In this document: positions 57,753-64,000 of the stretch, one piece after another
Layout of the letters: the number at the start of each line of letters is the position of its first letter
How positions within the stretch are numbered: position 1 is the stretch's first letter
Origin: Candidatus Yanofskybacteria bacterium RIFCSPHIGHO2_01_FULL_44_24
GTDB taxonomy: Bacteria; Patescibacteriota; Minisyncoccia; 2-02-FULL-40-12; GWA2-44-9
NCBI GenBank assembly: GCA_001794215.1
Contig: MGJK01000002.1
Location: 3,310 to 67,309, forward strand
Length of the DNA: 64,000 nucleotides
Direction of reading: 5' to 3'
The notes under the pieces: model-generated
The model's database searches: none
Seen by the model: only the letters and a program-made list of their open reading frames with translations
Told to the model about the DNA's origin: nothing
Program-made: the position numbers and the translations under genes

Positions 57753-60407
57753 TTATGGATTAGATATCAAGGCCCTGAGCGTTCTGCGGGTGATTTCACC
57801 AAAGTAGCCGTACGCCGGTTTAATGCCGTACTTTCCTTGTAACCTTTTCACTGCATCACGGGTAATGCGTCCGAAGTATCCGGTAAGCAAGTCAGACGAA
57901 TAGCCAACCTCGTTCACTAAAAGGGCTTGGAGCTGTTTTACGTCGTTACCGGTGAGTCCAAAGTATAGATCTCTGGTAAACGTGTTGGAGGCAAAAGAAG
58001 AATTAGGATTAGCCATAGCTGTTTCTCCCGGCGGACTCCATGAGAATTGACCGCCCTCAGTACTCGTGAAGTTTAAGGTAACCTGACTGCAGTGTTGACT
58101 TGAAGAATATTTTATATAAGGAGAAGTATATTGTTTTCCAGATTGATCCGTGAGAATGATGCTGGTCCCAGTATTTATTGGGTAGAGGGTGCTAAATCCA
58201 TGGCTTGTTTTATAAAGACTATTTCCGCCTCCCCCACTGCCATTTGCAAACTGGGAAGTAAATTTTACAGGAATATCTGACACCAAATTGAAGCCCGTGA
58301 CGGGCCAAACCAAGAAATCTCCGATATCAGCCACATTATTTATGGGCTGAACGGTTCTTGTAGAAATACCCGAGTAATTACCACCGGGTCCTTGTACTCT
58401 TACGTAGTCAACGCCGCCGGTCGACGTTTTTTGGATTGAAAACTGCGACTGGTCATAGCAGGCTTGGTTGTCGATGTGAACATTATTGACATACGTAGCC
58501 GAGGCATTAGCAATATCATCTTCGGTAAGCTGTATTTCAAACGTGCCGTCGGATTTTAAGTAAAAATCTCTTCTTGTGGTGCCTTTCCAATTCCAGATTA
58601 ACATACTTGTGCTGGTTACAGGCTGGTTGGTTAGGGCATTAACCATTCTTCCTCGTATTGTCAGTGTCATAGGAGCTGGCGTAGGCGTCGGAGTAGGAGT
58701 AGGTGTCGGGGTCGGAGCCGCCAAAAGTAGTGCGCCTACATTTGTTGTCTGTCCTGCGTAAAGATAGATAAGACTTGTCCAGTCATAATATCCGGCTTTT
58801 GAAATTTTAATATTCACAGAATTTGGAGGAACGGTAGCTTGGACGTTACATGGGGTCGACTGACAGTAGACATATCCGGTATTGATATTAGTGGCCACAG
58901 CACCCGAAGGAGTTGAGTTTATAGATAAATTAGCCTGCTGGGTTGGCGTTGGAGTAGGAGTAGGTGCCGGGGTTGGGGTTGGAACAGAAGTTCCTGCGGT
59001 GGCAATAATTTTAACTTCAGACGAGTAACCGTATTGGTTTCCGGAACGAACCTTGAATTCATAAGTAGTGCCAGACTGAAGACCTTGATACTCTATGCCG
59101 GTTCCTGAAACATATATAGGGTTATCCCATGTACCGGTACCCTGAATTCTTTTAGACGTTGCGAAACCAAGCTCGTTATTGGAATTATCTGTCCAATTCA
59201 AGACAATAGACTGTACGCCGTTGCTGTAGGTTTTGGGTGCGGCCGTAAGATTGGTGGGTGCGACGGGAATCGAACCTCCCGGACATGTCGGACGAACCGA
59301 AAAGACTCTGTCTGAAGTATCGGAACCAAGCAAGGTACCTCCAGGAAATGTGGGGCTGTAGGCCTGGACCCTCATTATTACATTACCGCTATCCATATCG
59401 CTTCGCGTATTGACGTCCCCGGAAGCCCAATTATATGATCTGGCGGCGAAATTATGAACATACATCACGTACCACCACGTCGAGCCATTATCAAGGGAGT
59501 AGTTTAACCTCCAATTAGCGACCTCACTGCCAAGAGAAGATGACCAGGTTATTGGAAAAATGCCGGCCATGCACTCACCGCCATTCGGAGAAGCAAGGGT
59601 AACAGTTGAGAGTATGGTTTCGACAGGAACTGAAGTTGGTGTCGGCGTAGGAGTGGGTGAATACTGAATAACGGGCGTTGGAGTCGGCGTAGGAGTATAA
59701 ATTGGAGTATTACTTGGGATTGGTGTTGGAGTGGGCGTTGGAGTTAGTGTCGGTGTTGGGGTTGATATGGAAACTGCCGGACAAGCCCCCTTGGTGTCCC
59801 CGTGCTGGAAGTGGGTATCAAGGGATTCTGGCGCAACTCTTATTGTTTGAAATGTTTGGGGGTCCTCAGACGGATGATGACAGATAACGGGATTATCGGC
59901 TTCTACGCTTCGATTGTATTGGGGAATCTCTTTTAAGGCCCTAAATTCTTCTCCCCTTGGATACCAGTTAAACTCTCTTCGGTTAATACAGAAAACTTTT
60001 TTGAAGAAATCCGGGTCTTCCTGAACGGCCTGATCGCCGGACTTATTTATCCAATGAAGCCGGCCCGCATCTTCACTATCTACACTTGTACCATATACCC
60101 TCTGATCATTGTCTTCGCAGTTTCGGAAAAAACCGGAGGTCGGGAAAGAATCCCTGATTTCCGGAGTAACAAGTTTAACGTTTGCAAATCCGCCGAGATG
60201 ACCGTAGAACTTAAATATTTCCGGGTTGAGAAAAAGCCGCTTATAGCCCTGTTCGTTGATAATATATACGTCGGGATCATCTGAGAAGATGGCGCTTATC
60301 AAGTCCCCATCCTTTAGACCGAAATCAGACGGCTTAGAGGCAAAAACCAACTTCGACCCGACAATAAACGCTAACAGCAGAAGCAGGGGTAGATAGTATC
60401 TCTTCAT
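57753..60407 (-). CDS. large secreted surface protein with Pro/Thr-linker repeats and C-terminal peptidoglycan-binding domain
   Basis: Signal peptide, multiple (PT)n linkers (PTPTLTPTPTPTPIPS…), and the C-terminus LTGYFGRITRDAVKRLQGKYGIKPAYGYFGEITRRTL (PG_binding_1-like). Confidence 0.6.
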   Translation of the reverse strand: MKRYYLPLLLLLAFIVGSKLVFASKPSDFGLKDGDLISAIFSDDPDVYIINEQGYKRLFLNPEIFKFYGHLGGFANVKLVTPEIRDSFPTSGFFRNCEDNDQRVYGTSVDSEDAGRLHWINKSGDQAVQEDPDFFKKVFCINRREFNWYPRGEEFRALKEIPQYNRSVEADNPVICHHPSEDPQTFQTIRVAPESLDTHFQHGDTKGACPAVSISTPTPTLTPTPTPTPIPSNTPIYTPTPTPTPVIQYSPTPTPTPTSVPVETILSTVTLASPNGGECMAGIFPITWSSSLGSEVANWRLNYSLDNGSTWWYVMYVHNFAARSYNWASGDVNTRSDMDSGNVIMRVQAYSPTFPGGTLLGSDTSDRVFSVRPTCPGGSIPVAPTNLTAAPKTYSNGVQSIVLNWTDNSNNELGFATSKRIQGTGTWDNPIYVSGTGIEYQGLQSGTTYEFKVRSGNQYGYSSEVKIIATAGTSVPTPTPAPTPTPTPTQQANLSINSTPSGAVATNINTGYVYCQSTPCNVQATVPPNSVNIKISKAGYYDWTSLIYLYAGQTTNVGALLLAAPTPTPTPTPTPTPAPMTLTIRGRMVNALTNQPVTSTSMLIWNWKGTTRRDFYLKSDGTFEIQLTEDDIANASATYVNNVHIDNQACYDQSQFSIQKTSTGGVDYVRVQGPGGNYSGISTRTVQPINNVADIGDFLVWPVTGFNLVSDIPVKFTSQFANGSGGGGNSLYKTSHGFSTLYPINTGTSIILTDQSGKQYTSPYIKYSSSQHCSQVTLNFTSTEGGQFSWSPPGETAMANPNSSFASNTFTRDLYFGLTGNDVKQLQALLVNEVGYSSDLLTGYFGRITRDAVKRLQGKYGIKPAYGYFGEITRRTLRALISNP

Positions 60408-60484
60408 TCTGTTAAGATTAGTTCCCTTGAGGTCTTGCCCGTAACAAGGTTACGAACAAGACTTGCGACGGAACTAATAAAATA

Positions 60485-62071
60485 TTAATACATAGAAGTT
60501 GGCGTAGGGGTGGCATAGATGGGGATTTTGACAAAAGTATATTTGGAACCGCCGGGAAATGTTATCACAAGCTTACTGCCCTGGAAGTAAAAATAATAAG
60601 TTAGTGTCGCATATCCGGTTCCTCCTCCGCCTAACTCGCCTGCCTGGATTGGCTCCTTAATGACTATGGCATTGCCCTCAACGGTGTAGGTCCAGTAATC
60701 AGCTTTCCCGAGTGCGCACAAATTACTGACACTGCAGAACTTATTTCCGTTAAACTCCATATCATTAATACCCATATTCCTATCTGCAGAGTTTTCCGTA
60801 GTCCATAGTCCTTGCAGGTTTTGAACTGCCGTAGACTGAACGGGGGATGGCGTGGGAGTCGGCTTAATGCTTGGTATAGGTGTAGGAGTGGGAGTTTTTA
60901 TCGGCGCAATAACCGGCGTACTGGTTGCCTTTGGTGTTGCCGATGCCTGAGGCTGGTTGGATGCGGGATAATCAGGGACATTCTTATGCAATCTTGATAA
61001 AATTATTTTCTGCTTTTGCGGCGAGTTGGGAGTGGTTGGACCGGTTTTTGGTTCTAAGGATAATTCAAGCTTATCTCCCGACAGTTTAAAGTGAATAGAG
61101 TATGCGGTAACACTGGGCATGATTATCTGATCCTTCGAAATAGTAAACGTCTCATAACGAGGACAGGGTTGGGGCATATCGTTGGGACCTAAAACACCAT
61201 TAATGCATACCTGATTGCCCTTGTATTGGGTATAATTTCCCCCGGCTTGGGTCGGGCGGAAATCTTTAATGAGCGGGTCATACATTAAAATTTGCTCAAC
61301 TTTCCATACACCTTCTAATTTATTGTCAGAAGAACCAGTAGGATCTTGACTATTGGTAGGTGTCGAAGCTGGCGGCGAAGAACTTTTACGTCCAAATAAT
61401 TTTCCGAAGAAAGATTTTACGGAACCGAAAACGCGAGAGAAAAATCCCTTGGACTCCATAACTGGAGGCGTTGATGTAATATATGGAGTTGGTGTCGCTG
61501 GTGATAGGGTTGGCCCAACAGTTTCGTTGGGCTGTTGTCTTGGCTGGTATGATTGGGACGGTGCCGGAGAAGGTGAAGGAGAAGATGTAGTCGATAAAAG
61601 TTTTTTTAAGGTGCATGTCCAGTCGGAATTTACAGAAGCAATCCCCGCTGGCAGGGGACTAACGGCTGGATAGTTATAGGTATAGTCTGAATAGTTAGGT
61701 AGCGTACATTTGATCTTGATCGGCACATTTTCTGGAAGTTTGACTTTGACCGGTGCTTTACCCATGAGCGAGCCGTTGATATAGACCGAAGCAGAGGGTG
61801 GATTTGAACCGATAGTCATATAGCGGCCGCTTGGTGATGATGGAACCGGAGTGGGTGTAGGAGTTGGAACCGGAGTGGGGGTAGGAGCATTGCTAATGCT
61901 TTGATAATTTCCGGTGAAAGCTACCGAGCCTTGAGTATTGGTTGATTTTGTTTCTGATGCCGGAGTTCCACATTCGGAGACACCATTCCAGGTAATCGTA
62001 TAGGTACCGACCGGGATTCCTTGCTGGACCCAATAATAACCGTTGCCATGATAAGTTGCCGGGCCGGTCAC
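60485..62071 (-). CDS. secreted Pro/Thr-rich surface protein
   Basis: (TP)n linkers TPTPVPTPTPTPVPSS and PTPTPIPSIKPTPTPSP with beta-rich domains between them. The start is uncertain. Confidence 0.5.
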   Translation of the reverse strand: MTGPATYHGNGYYWVQQGIPVGTYTITWNGVSECGTPASETKSTNTQGSVAFTGNYQSISNAPTPTPVPTPTPTPVPSSPSGRYMTIGSNPPSASVYINGSLMGKAPVKVKLPENVPIKIKCTLPNYSDYTYNYPAVSPLPAGIASVNSDWTCTLKKLLSTTSSPSPSPAPSQSYQPRQQPNETVGPTLSPATPTPYITSTPPVMESKGFFSRVFGSVKSFFGKLFGRKSSSPPASTPTNSQDPTGSSDNKLEGVWKVEQILMYDPLIKDFRPTQAGGNYTQYKGNQVCINGVLGPNDMPQPCPRYETFTISKDQIIMPSVTAYSIHFKLSGDKLELSLEPKTGPTTPNSPQKQKIILSRLHKNVPDYPASNQPQASATPKATSTPVIAPIKTPTPTPIPSIKPTPTPSPVQSTAVQNLQGLWTTENSADRNMGINDMEFNGNKFCSVSNLCALGKADYWTYTVEGNAIVIKEPIQAGELGGGGTGYATLTYYFYFQGSKLVITFPGGSKYTFVKIPIYATPTPTSMY

Positions 62072-62398
62072 GGTAAAAGATGCCTGGGCTGAATTTGAAA
62101 CAACCGCTAATACTCCGGGCTGGGCTTGAGTGGCGTCTGTGATAGTAACACTTCCGGAACAGGGTAGCTGTGTTTGGGCGAAAGCTAAAAGAGGAACAAA
62201 TAGTAATGCCGATAAAAACAGAAAAACAGAGCAAAGAGAGATTTTAATAGTACCGGTGTTCGTATATTGACTTAAAAATTTATTACCTTAATTATACTCT
62301 TTCCTTGCAAGCTCCGCATTTCCGTTGTCAACAAGTGAAAACCCGGCCGTTAACCAGTTTTCAATTATCATCTCCGCCATCTAACATCTTAAATAAAC

Positions 62399-62425
62399 GA
62401 AAACGAGACGGTTTACGCCTCGTTT
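62399..62425. terminator. hairpin AAAACGAG-11 nt-CTCGTTTT (bidirectional terminator-like)
   Basis: Seen directly. Confidence 0.4.
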
Positions 62426-62502
62426 TCATATTTGGTTGCGGGGGTTGGAGGACATGAGAACCTATCTCGGGGGATTGAGGGAGTATTCTGGGTTTGGGCT
62501 TG

Positions 62503-62524
62503 TGAGGGGGGGTGGGGGGGGGGG
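62503..62524. repeat. homopolymeric G tract (G7-T-G11) within a G-rich 120-bp stretch
   Basis: gagggggggtgggggggggggtaaaat. Confidence 0.8.
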
Positions 62525-62649
62525 TAAAATACCATAGTAGTAAATGTAGAGGAATCGTGCGTAATTATAGTTAGGTTTACTTGCAGCAAAACTAACTATA
62601 TGCTATATTAGTGCGTATTAGAGCTATTAATACTAACTAACTAAAACTA

Positions 62650-63807
62650 ATGAAGATAGGAAAATATATATATCATAAGGATGCCCAGTGGGGTACATAT
62701 AAGTCCTTTTTTCCAAATCCATTTCCTCCCGTGGACGGGTTTAATCTACTTCCAGAATTAATTAAAATGGATTCTCGAGCTCAGCATTTTGTTAGTAAAT
62801 TAGACGGGATTACTCAGCTATTACCTGACGTAGACTTTTTTATTTTTATGTATATTTTAAAAGATGCAACTTCTTCTAGTCAGATTGAAGGGACGGGCGC
62901 AACTATGATGGATGCACTTGAAGCAGAGGCAAAAATCGATGCAAATTTACCGGACGATGTCGACGACATTACTCATTATATTAAGGCATTAAATCGCGGT
63001 ATTAAATTACTAGAAAAAATACCAATTAGCACCAGGCTAATAAAGTTAATGCATAAAGAGTTAATGGAGGGTGGGCGCATGACCCATGATGCACGTGCGG
63101 GTGAATTTAGACACGATCAGAACTGGATAAATGGTACAAGTCCTCATGACGCAAAGTATGTTCCACCGCCAGTGGATGTGATGCAACGTTGTCTAAGTGA
63201 TTGGGAAAAGTTTGTCCATGTAGAAAGTAATGACTTATTGCCGCTTACTAAAGCCGCACTTCTGCATGGTCAATTTGAGACAATCCACCCCTTTAGAGAT
63301 GGTAATGGACGAACAGGACGTATGCTTACTACCCTTTATCTTAGAGAAACAGGCTTACTGTCGAAGCCAGTGTTGTTCTTGTCATCATATTTTAAAAAAC
63401 ATCAAAAAGTTTATTATGATCGACTCCATGGATATCATGAGGGGGCAATTGATAAATGGGTGCAATTCTTTCTTGCTGGTATTTCTGAAACCGCACAAGA
63501 AGCCATAGAAACGGTGCATAAAATAACTAAAATAAGAGAGCGTGATATATTAAAGATTCAGAGTATGGATAAGCGCTCCTCTAAAAGTGCAATTGAGGTA
63601 TTACCACGGCTTTTTGCACAACCAATTGTAGATGTAACCACCATATCCGAATGGACTGATTTTACAGGTAATGGTGCTCAAAAATTAATTGATAGGTTCA
63701 TCGAATTAGAAATATTAAAATTGAGAAATCCAGAAAAAAAATATGGCCGCTCTTATATCTATAAAGATTATGTAGATATATTTTATGACGCTCATAAGGA
63801 TAAATAA
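62650..63807 (+). CDS. Fic family protein (AMPylator-type)
   Basis: Fic motif HPFRDGNGRTGR (HxFx[DE]GNGRxxR). Gene and flanks are markedly AT-rich (~33% GC). Confidence 0.85.
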   Translation: MKIGKYIYHKDAQWGTYKSFFPNPFPPVDGFNLLPELIKMDSRAQHFVSKLDGITQLLPDVDFFIFMYILKDATSSSQIEGTGATMMDALEAEAKIDANLPDDVDDITHYIKALNRGIKLLEKIPISTRLIKLMHKELMEGGRMTHDARAGEFRHDQNWINGTSPHDAKYVPPPVDVMQRCLSDWEKFVHVESNDLLPLTKAALLHGQFETIHPFRDGNGRTGRMLTTLYLRETGLLSKPVLFLSSYFKKHQKVYYDRLHGYHEGAIDKWVQFFLAGISETAQEAIETVHKITKIRERDILKIQSMDKRSSKSAIEVLPRLFAQPIVDVTTISEWTDFTGNGAQKLIDRFIELEILKLRNPEKKYGRSYIYKDYVDIFYDAHKDK

Positions 63808-63841
63808 TGCCCATGATTAATTTAGAATTATCTCAACAAAA

Positions 63842-63868
63842 CTGGCCGCAATAGCCAGTTTTGTTTTC
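63842..63868 (+). terminator. intrinsic terminator after Fic gene
   Basis: ACTGGC-CGCAATA-GCCAGT followed by TTTTGTTTT. Confidence 0.55.
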
Positions 63869-64000
63869 GGAAGCTTCATCGTTCGTACGTTACCAAGAGT
63901 CATATTCATAGTAATCTCCACCACCATAATTTTCATCGTATAGGTTGGGTGATCTTTCTTTCATGCATTGCTTCTCGGAGCCAGCAAAGAGCATATACGC

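Overview
This 64 kb window is an AT-rich (~40-45% GC) bacterial chromosomal segment. Genes are densely packed, mostly on the minus strand, and many start/stop codons overlap. The gene content (very Pro/Thr-rich surface proteins, a free-standing LAGLIDADG endonuclease, compact operons) fits a small-genome, possibly CPR/Patescibacteria-like organism; that assignment is an inference.

Recognisable content, in order along the window:
- The infB 3' end, then a LAGLIDADG homing endonuclease abutting tRNA-Cys, an rfbB-rfbD-rfbA-like dTDP-sugar cluster, and tRNA-Leu.
- A PduO-type adenosyltransferase, two M23 peptidases, a XerC/D recombinase, and gatCA-ligA.
- A complete type IV pilus operon: pilM-N-O, pilB, pilT, pilC, pilA, pilD and three minor pilins. 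comF sits next to it and comM lies further on.
- tRNA-Ser(GCT), metK, tRNA-Ser(TGA), tRNA-Arg (followed by a degenerate copy of its own 3' half), and recG.
- A GT2 processive glycosyltransferase, holA, mutM, polA, tsaE, yraN, a dksA-like gene, and rpsO-[NYN]-pnp.
- Two huge Pro/Thr-linker surface proteins and, at the end, a Fic protein in a markedly AT-rich stretch.

The stand-out locus is at 32-40 kb on the minus strand. A ubiquitin-like protein ends in Gly-Gly and is co-operonic with a ThiF/MoeB-type E1-like enzyme, a JAB/JAMM isopeptidase and a 610-aa unknown protein. This operon is flanked on both sides by proteolytic machinery: upstream a classical AAA ATPase with a ClpP-like protease (N-terminally extended), downstream a ClpA/ClpC D2-only unfoldase with a ClpP-docking IGF loop. 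Together these look like a candidate bacterial 'ubiquitin-like tag + unfoldase + ClpP' protein-degradation or defence module.

Other oddities:
- A GC-rich 16-20 bp palindrome (TGTTCCGCGCGGAACA) recurs 4 times within 2.8 kb, twice beside predicted promoters.
- One gene is ~60% GC and bounded by a 16-bp inverted-repeat element.
- A ~250-nt GC-rich hairpin-rich element has a 53-nt 'empty' paralog 9.5 kb away.
- There are 7-bp tandem repeats, one of them inside polA.
- There is a G7-T-G11 homopolymer tract.

All calls come from reading the sequence and ORF track by eye; no searches were run.
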